From Octopus vulgaris (lineage: Eukaryota): 64,000 bases of DNA. The notes beneath the pieces are model-generated. The model ran no database searches. It saw only the letters and a program-made list of their open reading frames with translations, and had not been told where the DNA came from. Within the stretch, counting starts at the first letter, position 1; every line of letters begins with the position of its first letter. The translations under genes and the position numbers were made by a program. The stretch is taken from positions 72,478,001-72,542,000 of the forward strand of contig OX597818.1 of assembly GCA_951406725.2 (NCBI GenBank), read 5' to 3'. Below, piece after piece: positions 52,684-64,000 of this stretch.

Positions 52684-55313
52684 TCATCGTGACATCATCC
52701 AGTCAGGTCGATTGCCCGGGCTAGCCTGACTACCTCTCTCCTTCCCTCCCGATCTTCCATTAGTGTTTTTAGGTCTCCAACTTGGTATCCAACATATTTT
52801 GCAAGGTGTTGTATATACGTCTTCTGTGGTCTTCCAGCCGCTGTAGTACCATGATTTGATGTCCACAGCAACACATTACAATTTCTTCGTTGCTTCTCAA
52901 GTAGTAGTCAGCAAACCTCAATCTCTGCTCTTGGATGGTTGAGGAGAGAGTCGATATGTTCCTATATAGCCGTTATTTTGTTGGAAGTGGCCTCCAAGAG
53001 ATGTTGAGCAGTGCACGTAACATTCTCATGTAGGAACTGTCCAGCATGCACCTGAGTCTCTTGGTGAGAGGCCAAGTCGAAGATCCACACACAAGCGCAG
53101 ATTCAACAACTGCTCTAAAGAACTGTCTCTTCAAATCATCTGGTAGGATTGATTTCTGTATTGTTCTAAGACCGTCTATAGTTGCCCAAGCCTTAGCAAC
53201 TCAAGATTTGATATCTTTTTCAGTGATCACAATATTGTTGCTTAGGTTAGTAAACCCATTTACATTTTTCAATGGTTTGTTTGATGGTCCTGATTTCACC
53301 CGTTGTGTTCAAGGTGATAAACTCTGTCTTCTTTTCATTCACATATAGTCCTATGTTAGAGGCAACATTTTCCAGGAGATGGAGTAAATGTTTAGCATCT
53401 TTTGTGTTATCTACGAAGAGCGCTATGTCATCAGCATAAGCGGCGTCAGTCAAATAGGTTGTCGGATATCTTCCGCTTCTAGACTTCTGTTAAGTGTAAC
53501 CCAGATCATAATCGAGACACAAGATGAACAAGTAAGGAGCCAATTCGACACCCTGCAGTACTCCTACACGAACATCAAAGAAGTCAGTATCTCCATCTGG
53601 TGACCGCACTTTCGCTCGGGTGTTTATATACAGCATCATTACTGCTTTTTATTGTTTCATCAGGTATTTCTTATACCCTAAGAATTTCTGCCATCTTATC
53701 TCTGTGTACATAATCAAAAGCCTTGCAGAAATCAACAAAGAGCAGAACTGCAGTAAGGTTTTTGGCTCGTACTCCTTCCAACGTCTTCCTAACTTTGAGA
53801 ATTTGGCCAAATGTAGAGCGGCTCTTGCTAAATCCATTTTGATTTTCCCTAAGAAATCTTTCAATTTGAGGATGGATTCGATTAAGTAGCAAATCATTGT
53901 AAATCTTCGCTGCAATTGGTGTTAATGTAATTCCTCTGTAGGTTATAGCAGGGCCCAAATCCCCTTTTGTGGGAGAAAGGCAGAATATATCCTTCTGTTC
54001 AGACTTTTATTCTGCTTTAATGATATACCGAGTTGCACGATTTCTGAAGAATATCATTGAAATTGCCTGTTTTCCAGACTCCAGGAGGGATGTCATCCAA
54101 TCCTGCAGCCTTTCGGTTTTTGGTCTTCCTCAGTACGACTTCAAGCTTTTCTATCGAGAAGGGTCCTTGCTTGATATCCAGGACCTCCTCAACAATACGA
54201 TGGATCCTCTGGTTTGATATAATCACTGATTAACTAAGAAGGTTTGGAAAATGGTCTTTCCACTCACTCAGTTTCTCCTGTAGGCTAGAGACCTTCAACT
54301 TCGCTTTGGAGGATTTCTCCCGACCACTCTCTTCATTTACTGTCTGCCACGCCAATGAAGACTGTTTGTTGTCTGCTGTGTTTTTGATGTTGTCGATTTG
54401 GTTTTGAATGTATTTTTGCTGTTCCTTCTGATATAATACGTTAAGTTCTTTCACCGCCTTCGTTTTTCTATTCTCGTAGGATTCCTGTTGTCTCAAAGGG
54501 ATGTATTTTTGAGAGGTTGGACGAAGGTGAGATATGTTGTGTTTGGTGTGTGATCTTCGTTTGCACTTTCTGACGCATGGAAGCAATTTCTGAGCTTGAT
54601 CGTGAAATCATTTCGGACTTTCTCGCTGTACGTCAGAATAGCCCAGCTGTAGGACGGTCTTGAGATTCCTTTTATTTTGTTTGAAGCTCGATGGTCAGAT
54701 GATACACCAAAGAAAGTGTTGTATGCTTCACAGTTGTGGCAGATGTTAATCCACATTTTGTTCATGATATGATAGTCTATCTGAGAATTGAATTCGTTTG
54801 GGAAAGAATGGATCCACTTCTTTCCCGGTCCCTTTTGAAAACAACTGTTCAGGCATTGAAATTTGCTTTTAACTAAGAAATGCTCTTAGTGTTCTCCATT
54901 TCGATTTGACGTTTGACGTAGCGAGTACTTATGATGGGGATTGTCATGGCCTAATTGGGCATTCATATCACCACCAATGATGAGGATGTTGTGTTTGGGT
55001 ATAGATCGTACAAGGGACGATAAATCATTGTAAAATCATCGCTGTCATTTGTTGGGCTGTGGCAGCAAGTGACAGTATTAGAAGGGTTATTGTTGGAATT
55101 GGCAACTATTATTCTAGATGTTATTTTCTCAATGCTGTTTAGTGGTTTCAGAGCATGCGGACTGAGTAATAGTCCTACACCGCCGATGGTGCTATCAATA
55201 AAATTGTTCCATGCAGAAGGTCCAGTTGCTATTGATTTCGTGATCATCGTGGAACAGACGATGTTCTTGTACACGCAAGATGTCAATATGAAAGTTGATA
55301 ACCGATGCAGCAA
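52684..55313 (-). mobile_element. Degenerate RTE-like LINE: AP endonuclease + RT
   Basis: GGVGLLLSPHALK, SSDHR, KAAGLDDIPPGVWK, YRGITLTPIAAKIYN, QNGFSKSRST, FVDFCKAFD, AYADDIAL; many stops and frameshifts. Confidence 0.9.
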
Positions 55314-55912
55314 TTATTTTTGTTTTTATTTAAATTATTATTCCTTTAAATGTTTATATTATATATGTATTCTTTTTATTAAAATTTTTCCTATATATTT
55401 ATTTTCCAATATATATATATGTATTCTTGAATTTCCTTTTGTTATTCATTTTAATTTTATCCTTCCTATCTTCTTTCTTTTCATTATCTTGGGTTAGTTT
55501 TAGCTTTTGTTTCTATTTTTATTTATATTTACTTTATTTATTTTGTACTATATAGAATATTCACGAATAACTCACCACCTAGATGCACTTACTATATATA
55601 GGATGTAACTTCTTAATCTTATTAATACTCTGTATGCATTCGTCAAACGAAAAAATGTTAACCCAAGTTCTATATGCTCATAATAACCCTGAATAATTTC
55701 TGCCCCATATAGTTAGAAAATGATATCTTTCTTAGCATTTAGCCAAATGGTTGGAAGTTCATATCAACTTGGGGCTAGTACTGAAACATATATATAGGTT
55801 TTTTTCACATTTATGAGCTTTACATCTTGTAATTTATTGGTATTGTTATGTTTTTTAAAATTTCAACATGATATAAATTATTCATACAACCAATTTTCTT
55901 TCTCTCTCTTTA

Positions 55913-55967
<55 letters not shown>

Positions 55968-55987
55968 CGATTTATCTATAGAGCAGA

Positions 55988-56050
<63 letters not shown>

Positions 56051-56057
<7 letters not shown>

Positions 56058-56732
56058 TAGTGAATTGAAGAAATGGAGTTGAACGAAGATTGAATAGAAA
56101 TCGTTTTATTGCATTCTACACGTGTTTCGAAAGCCACAATTTACCAAATTCCGATTGAATAAGGAGACCAGTAGATTTTGTCTCGCCCCATATAATACAC
56201 CTAATATTCTTAAAATAGTCAGAACCTTAGTCTCGGTCACAAAGAACATCTACGCACCCCGTGCTCTCACCCACCGGAATGACCGCTGCCTGACCTGTTA
56301 AAATCTTCAACGCACCCACCACCCGATTTCAACATACATTGATAAACAGTTTGGCCATGGGCTCTTAGGAGCCTCGTTCGATTTGTTTTGCTGCGCCTCT
56401 GTTCTGTTTTTGTTTTTGCCAACGGAATTCCTATTTCTTCCTGAAGAGAAAGACACAATATGGTCTCCTTATTCAATCGGAATTTGGTAAATTGTGGCTT
56501 TCGAAACACGTGTAGAATGCAATAAAACGATTTCTTTTCAATCTTCGTTCAACTCCATTTCTTCAATTCACTAATAATATTAAAATTCAATTATCCGCAC
56601 CAACGCACGGTTGCAACACCATATGGTTGTACCTCCAACCGTGCTATCTTCTGCTGTGATTTTTGCTACCAAGGTATCGGTTAAACTTTTGATTAATCTG
56701 CAACAAGATTATTCATCTTTCTATTTCACCAA

Positions 56733-56735
<3 letters not shown>
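56051..56735 (+). mobile_element. Non-coding inverted-repeat insert (pLTR-type) in (TA)n
   Basis: 120-bp arms 56051-56170 and 56461-56580, almost identical; ~150-bp tail, then (TA)n. Confidence 0.82.
56438..56517 (+). ncRNA. Minimal type-I hammerhead ribozyme, loop III ACGT
   Basis: ttc-CTGAAGA-gaaag-a-cacaat...attgtg-g-ctttc-GAAA-C-acgt-G-TA-gaa. Confidence 0.85.
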
Positions 56736-56763
<28 letters not shown>

Positions 56764-56782
56764 CATACATATATATATATTT

Positions 56783-56875
<93 letters not shown>

Positions 56876-56939
56876 TATATAGATAGATAGAAAGATAGAT
56901 ATTTGCTCTATAGATAAATCGATCGATAGATAGATATAC

Positions 56940-58161
56940 TAAATCAAAGGGGCTAGTTTGACATGGTAGATAACTACAATCGACATCAACAGCATTGTCT
57001 TGGACACGAGGTTATGAGATATTTATAGTTCTGATATTGCTTGGATACTCCATCATATTATCTTGCAAATGTTAAATGAGGAGTCATTCAGAGTGACGAC
57101 GCAGTCAGAACACCTGCTGTGTCTCTTTCTAATGACCAATTCTTCGTAGTCTTCGTTGCAACTGTCCATGCTATGTCTTAAAGCCCTTACATTCATGATG
57201 TCGGCAATTGATATCCAGATCGAATCATACAAGTAACTCTTTTCCGATATTGAGATCGCTACCATTCCTCCATGTAAGCTAGGACTTTCTCAATCGCAAT
57301 TTTAATCTATAAGTTGACTGGTCAAAAATACAAAAGACATCTGTCTCAAGACATCCCTATTGCGCCTGAAAGTTATTTTCTAATATTTACTACAGATTGC
57401 TTGAAGATAACTTTCTTCCTACACTTCGATCCCTGCCCACATATGCATATAGACATACGTATAAATGTGCGTATATATATGTATGTATATATGCATATGA
57501 TAATATAAATAATATATATATATATACATATATATGTGTGTGTGTATATATTCATATACATATGTATGCATGTATATATATATATATATCTCTCTCTCTC
57601 TCACTGTATATATATAGTGAGAGAGGGAGAAATACATACATACATGAATACATATGTATATGAATATATATATATATAATCACCGAATCTGGAACTTAAG
57701 TATGGCTTATCCATAGCACTTATTCAGCATTACCTGACACCTTTGGGCCTCACTGACGCCATTACCTCTCAGGTGTCAGGTAATGGGCTATGGATAAACC
57801 ATACTTAAGTTCCATATTCGGTGATTATATATATATGATGCTGTTACGTAACTTTATTCAAGTTTATGATCGTTTCGAATGGCTATAGGGAATATTTCAT
57901 ATCAATTCATATATAAAATTTGTAATTAATTTATTTATCAATCATTTAATTAGTTAAATAATTATTTCAATTTAGGAAGTCGTTTGCCTTTTCTAATTGT
58001 CATCGGATTTTAAAGTATTTCAGAATTTTCTACAAACGCATGTGAAGGTTGTAGATTTGTAGGATATCAGAACTATATAGATCTCGTATTTTCGTATCCA
58101 TGACAATGCTGTTGATGGCGATTGTAGATGTCTAACATGTCAAATTACCCCCTTTGATTTA
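56940..58161. repeat. ~100-bp diverged inverted repeats 1.2 kb apart, enclosing a nested hairpin
   Basis: 56940-57037 vs 58063-58161; inner hairpin 57675-57742 vs 57771-57835 inside (TA)n. Confidence 0.7.
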
Positions 58162-59153
58162 TCATGAGCTCGCTAGTGCAACAGCTCTTGACAAGTCGAA
58201 AAGTTAATGTTATTTATATGTATGCACATTGCATAAAGATAATATATTTTTTTTGAAAAGTAGAGCTATCAGGATTTTGAAGTTTATGAGTATGTTTTCG
58301 TAGCATAATTAAAGAGAAGTAGTAATGCAAAAGTAGTATTAAGATAAAGTAATGCAAACAAGAGATATGATAGTAGCTAAATGAAGAGTGAACGGGGTGA
58401 AGTTTTCGAATGTGAGTATGCAATAGACTATTGTGCATCTCTATAATCAACCATAGATAATTGTAGGTATTATATCGAATTAAATTAGATGCAATAGATA
58501 ATGTTTAAGAAATGAGTAATTAGTACAGAAAATTCAAGGAGTGTTTGGTAGAGTGAATAAGAAGAGAACACAAGTATTGATTTTCGCTGGACGTCGGTAA
58601 GTTGTTTATGTATGATTTTTTTTATGTGGAAATTTAAAAAAAAAGTATATTAAATAAATGAGAAGTACGGACGGATAACGCATTTTGCTTCTGCGTTAAA
58701 TTAGACAGACTATTGAGGATTTCCAAAACCACTCCCAAATTACAGACACCACTTTCCCTCTGTATGAAAACAATCTTATCTACAATAAACCTGGGCCCCT
58801 GATGAACTTGCCCAGCAAAATACTATTTCGTTTTGTTTTGTATTTAAAATAAATGAACATTGTTAGCTATCTTCAATTTTGAAGCAGTAACCCCAACGTA
58901 CTTTTGAAATTTTTTAGGGGCTTCGATCGATCATTTCACAGATAAAATACATATTTCTATCTATTTACCTTAGGTTTTAACATGATAAATGTATTATAGA
59001 CACCTGGTCCTACTTGTTAAGTTTCAAATTTAGTTAACGGAGTTTCTTTTATAAGAAGAATCATGTTTTTATTTCTTTAAGAAATATTGTTTAATTCTAT
59101 TTGATTATTCATTAAAAATATGTATTTATTTAACTATTATTGTTATTATTGTT

Positions 59154-59255
59154 GACCTGAGGAGTGACTATGCTTTTAAATTGAATTATTTTGGGATTAA
59201 ATTTTAATTTAATTGTAATTCGAATTGAAGTTATAGCCACGAAACGTACATAGTC
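59154..59255 (+). ncRNA. Hammerhead motif, loop III GTAC, one stem-III mismatch
   Basis: gac-CTGAGGA-gtgactat...atagccac-GAAA-C-gtac-A-TA-gtc; downstream tail (59445-59490) of the same family as 22934-23352. Confidence 0.7.
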
Positions 59256-59496
59256 TTTTGTACTTATTATATAATATTTATTCATTTTTATGTAGTTTTT
59301 GTGATTTAGAGATATGTTTTTGAAATATATTTTATTTTTTCTATATGATATGGTTTATGTCTATCATTGTTTGAATTACATAATAGTGGTTTTTCTCTAA
59401 TTTATATATATCATATATTTATATTGTGAAATTTGATTTTATAATAAATTGAATTTTTCCCTGTAAGTTTGGAGTTATACTCACTATTATTATTGT

Positions 59497-59539
<43 letters not shown>

Positions 59540-59624
59540 GTAAATAGATAGACAAATGTATTTATCTGTGAAGATATAATTTAGCTTGAAGAAAAAACAT
59601 TAATAAATTGTAGAATATCTTTAC

Positions 59625-60520
<896 letters not shown>

Positions 60521-60770
60521 CTCGTGAAGACGTGGCTTAAAAAATAGAACAAAGAGATGGAAATATACATTTTTATCAATGAAAACTTCAAATATATCTT
60601 AGCTTTAACAAAAAGAATATTGCACAATAGTGTTTTTTTCTAATTTATATATTTTATATATTTATATTGTGAAATATGATTTAATACTAAATTAAATTTT
60701 TCTCTGTAATTTTGACGTTATATTCCCTAATAGTATCATAGTTATATTCCCTAATAGTATCATATATATA

Positions 60771-60817
<47 letters not shown>

Positions 60818-60840
60818 TAACAATAACGAAATAACGAACA

Positions 60841-61415
60841 ATTTTGGATGGAAATTCATGAATACCTCTCCTGAAAGCACATGTTTTTAGTGGCTTTATT
60901 GTCCATCCATAGACCATTACAAATACGATTTGCAATATGCATGGATTTAAGGGAAGTCATTATTACGTATTCGTTTCCTTTTGCATCTTTTCTTTCTGCT
61001 CTTATATTATTTAGTCTTCCTCTCTTTTCTTCTTCTTACCCACATACGCCTACTTGCACAAATCAAGATACAACATAAAATACTACCTATATACTCCCTT
61101 CTGTACTACTTCTATATATCTATCTCTATGATCAGTCAAAATATTCAAAGGAACTGCTCATAAATCTCACAGAACCTTCTGTTTCGTGTAAGTTGGTAAA
61201 TATCCTTTAGCTAAACATTGGATACAACCAGAACACTAATGCAATTCTTGCCTGAATAAACAAATACCTGTAATAATGGCTCCCCTTCAAATCAATCGAC
61301 ATTGCAAATCGTATTTGTAGCGTCTTACGGATGGAGAATGCAGTCACAAAAATATGTGCTTTGTGGAAATGTACGAAACAATGCATTAAAGTGTTTATGA
61401 ATTTCCATCCAAAAT
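60841..61415. repeat. Old inverted-repeat pair next to (TA)n
   Basis: 60841-60970 vs 61263-61415 (attttggatggaaattcat / atgaatttccatccaaaat; tacaaatacgatttgcaat / attgcaaatcgtatttgta). Confidence 0.7.
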
Positions 61416-61749
61416 TTCCAGATACTGCTATATTTATTCTACGATATACCGGCACCAGACTAGTACATTTTCATAAAATTAGTCTGGAAGATTGGAATAA
61501 TAATAATACCATAGGAGCATTTTATAAGCGTACAGAAAAACGTTCCTCATATATATGGCCAGTAAGGGTCATAGAATCATGAAGTTACACACCCCATTAG
61601 ATTTTGAATGTTTTAAAATGCTAAGGTTCATGTATGTACCTGATAAACAGGGTTTTTTCTGATGATGTATTGTCTCCATTAATCAATTAAAAATTCACTG
61701 GAAGCAGCTGCAGTGAATTGACACACCATCCATCTGTTGTTATTTATTC

Positions 61750-61818
<69 letters not shown>

Positions 61819-62327
61819 GCAGAAACCTCAGTACAACCAAGAATGAAATAAAGAGGCAACTTTCATCAATAAATATCTTCCACAACTCAATATGAACACA
61901 TAACATAATACAGAACACTACTAACCATTCACTACCACTAAGCCCCATATACCATTCACATTACAGATCTATATCTACCCTAATTGCACCCAATCCAGAA
62001 TTACTTACCTCCCTTATTTATAATCTTTTTACCCGGGGACTAGTAGACCTGACACCGTCCAGTAATCGGTGTACATTCAAAGCAACGATTAGTAACTTTA
62101 TGAAACCGGTATGCTTTTAAATCTCTTTAGCAATTCACAATAATGGCTTTTAGTACTTTTTTTCCTACCTCAGTTAATCTGATTATATATATCTATCGTT
62201 ATTTTTCATAGAATGTATTTTTTGATTTCCAGTGTGCATTTTCACTTATTTTTCTTCTTACTTTCCCCTTCCATTTCCACGTGTATATAGTTTCTATTTT
62301 CTTTTAGTAACATATTTCTATCATATG

Positions 62328-62382
<55 letters not shown>

Positions 62383-62399
62383 GCATAAATGTATGTATA

Positions 62400-63155
62400 T
62401 TTTTTCAATGTGTATAAATAACAAGGACAAAATAAATAATTACCAGGGTAGCAAAAATTCACATAAGTGCCAAGGACATTACAGCCTACTTATAAAGGTA
62501 GACATTCTAGGGTTAAGAGGAATGTTTTTGAAAAACATGGATAACATAAGAAACGGAGTCAAACGCAGGTGTTATTCAAATCATTTATACTTCCAACATA
62601 TGTTCCGAAGAAAGAAATGAGATTATTGCGGAGGGAAAAAATGATGCTAAACACTGCAAACATCTCGTCAGGGAAAAAGAAAAGGGGAACAAAACACATT
62701 AATAAGCCATTTTAACCGAATGTGATTACCCCGTAAATGATGAAGGGGAACGCTAGCAAGATATTTTTTTAAAAATCGTTAATAGATTTAACATCAAAGA
62801 TAATTTACAGAACGAGAAGGAGGAGAAAGAAAGAAATTAATAGAAAATTAAGAGTGGGAAAAAGCAGTGTGATAGATGAATGGGAATAAAGTTTAAAAGC
62901 GTGGAAATAGATATATGTAGTGTAAATGAAATCTATTAATGGTTCTCAAAAAAATAACTTGCTAGCGTTTCCCTTCATTCGGTTAAAATGGCTTATTCAT
63001 GTATTTTGTTTCTCCTTTTTTCTTACTGATGAGATTATTGCATTTTCTTATATCATTTTTATTCCCTCCGGAATAATCTCAATGCATTCTTCGAAACATA
63101 TGCTGGAAGTATAAATGATTTGAATAACACCTGCATTTGACTCAATTTCTTAATT
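62400..63155. mobile_element. Inverted-repeat insert with a decayed hammerhead in each arm, loop III ATAT
   Basis: Arms 62547-62792 and 62927-63152; plus arm CTGATGA 63026..GAAA-C-atat-G-ct-ggaa; minus arm ttcc-CTGACGA..GGAA-C-atat-G-TT-ggaa. Confidence 0.72.
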
Positions 63156-63207
63156 TATACCTCTCTCTCTGTGTATATATATATATATTTCTTTCTTTCT
63201 CTCTCTT

Positions 63208-63248
<41 letters not shown>

Positions 63249-63249
63249 G

Positions 63250-63285
<36 letters not shown>

Positions 63286-63341
63286 ACAGACAACCATCTT
63301 GCTTTAAATCTCTGAGCGAGAGATATACAGTAACAGTACAG

Positions 63342-63445
63342 AATAGTAATGTTTATTTGCCAACAGAATGTGTCTGTCCTATAAAGGATGATATTACTGC
63401 TGTTGTTTTTTATAGGACTGCCACAATCTGTTGGCAAATAAACTT

Positions 63446-63450
<5 letters not shown>
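63342..63450. repeat. ~110-bp hairpin abutting (TA)n
   Basis: atagtaatgtttatttgccaacaga..gtcctataaa / tttataggac..tctgttggcaaataaactttactat. Confidence 0.8.
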
Positions 63451-63487
<37 letters not shown>

Positions 63488-64000
63488 ATGTGTGTGTGTA
63501 TGTGTGTGTGTATGTGTGTGTGTATGTGTGTGTGTATGTGTGTGTGTTCAAGTAATAAGGCAGTACTCATAAAAATGCTTCTTAATGTATCATTGTACAA
63601 AGCATATAGAATATATGGTTTTTGAATTACGAAACCATATAGAATATATACTTTATACATACAGACACACACACATACTACACTGTTGGAGGTTTTATAT
63701 TGTTATTAATGCATTGCTACATATACTTCGGCATTACATATATTTTTATAGGATCACCTCACCATATCCTTAGTATATTATCAAATATTATTTAAAATAT
63801 ATTTGGACCCTATGAGAGCACATTCATTCGACATGCATACTCCTTCAGTCACATTTTGCGTTAATTTACGTCGGATTTCCTTGTTGCTTTGACTTCAGTA
63901 TATAAATCACTCTACGCCAATCAAACTTTTCTGTTGGATTAATGGGCGATGCTCACGAATAGTTACGCACTACTAGATAGATGGATGTATAAATGGAGGC

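Noticed and set aside
61655-61720. CTGATGA...GAAG-C-agct-G-CA
   Set aside because: Two core mismatches and no stem II; unsupported

Overview
AT-rich, microsatellite-saturated eukaryotic DNA with no recognisable host gene. It is probably intergenic or intronic sequence from a coleoid cephalopod, most likely Octopus; this is inferred from the SINE families and repeat landscape, not proven. Nearly all listed ORFs are artefacts of (TA)n/(CA)n/(TACA)n repeats. Real content: (1) one near-intact Penelope-like element (PLE) at 8349-11383. It has RT plus a C-terminal GIY-YIG endonuclease, a CxCx5C linker, 371-bp pseudo-LTRs differing at one base and a 5' inverted piece, and it sits in (TA)n. Its only visible frame break is a TAG at a position where Trp is expected. 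(2) Relic PLEs of at least two clades, two RTE-type LINE relics, one RLE-type LINE relic, Tc1, DD41D and mariner relics, and many tRNA-derived SINEs. (3) The main signal: about a dozen mutually dissimilar, mostly non-coding inserts in (TA)n. Most share the PLE architecture (inverted 3' piece + sense piece, or partial tandem) and most carry a minimal type-I hammerhead ribozyme. The stem-III loop is a different 4-nt palindrome in each family (CATG, GATC, ACGT, GTAC, ATAT, AGCT, CCGG), and one core shows the compensatory U3-A8 pair. This looks like a dense, diverse population of PLE-mobilised ribozyme (retrozyme-like) elements. All folds were read by eye; none was computed or tested.
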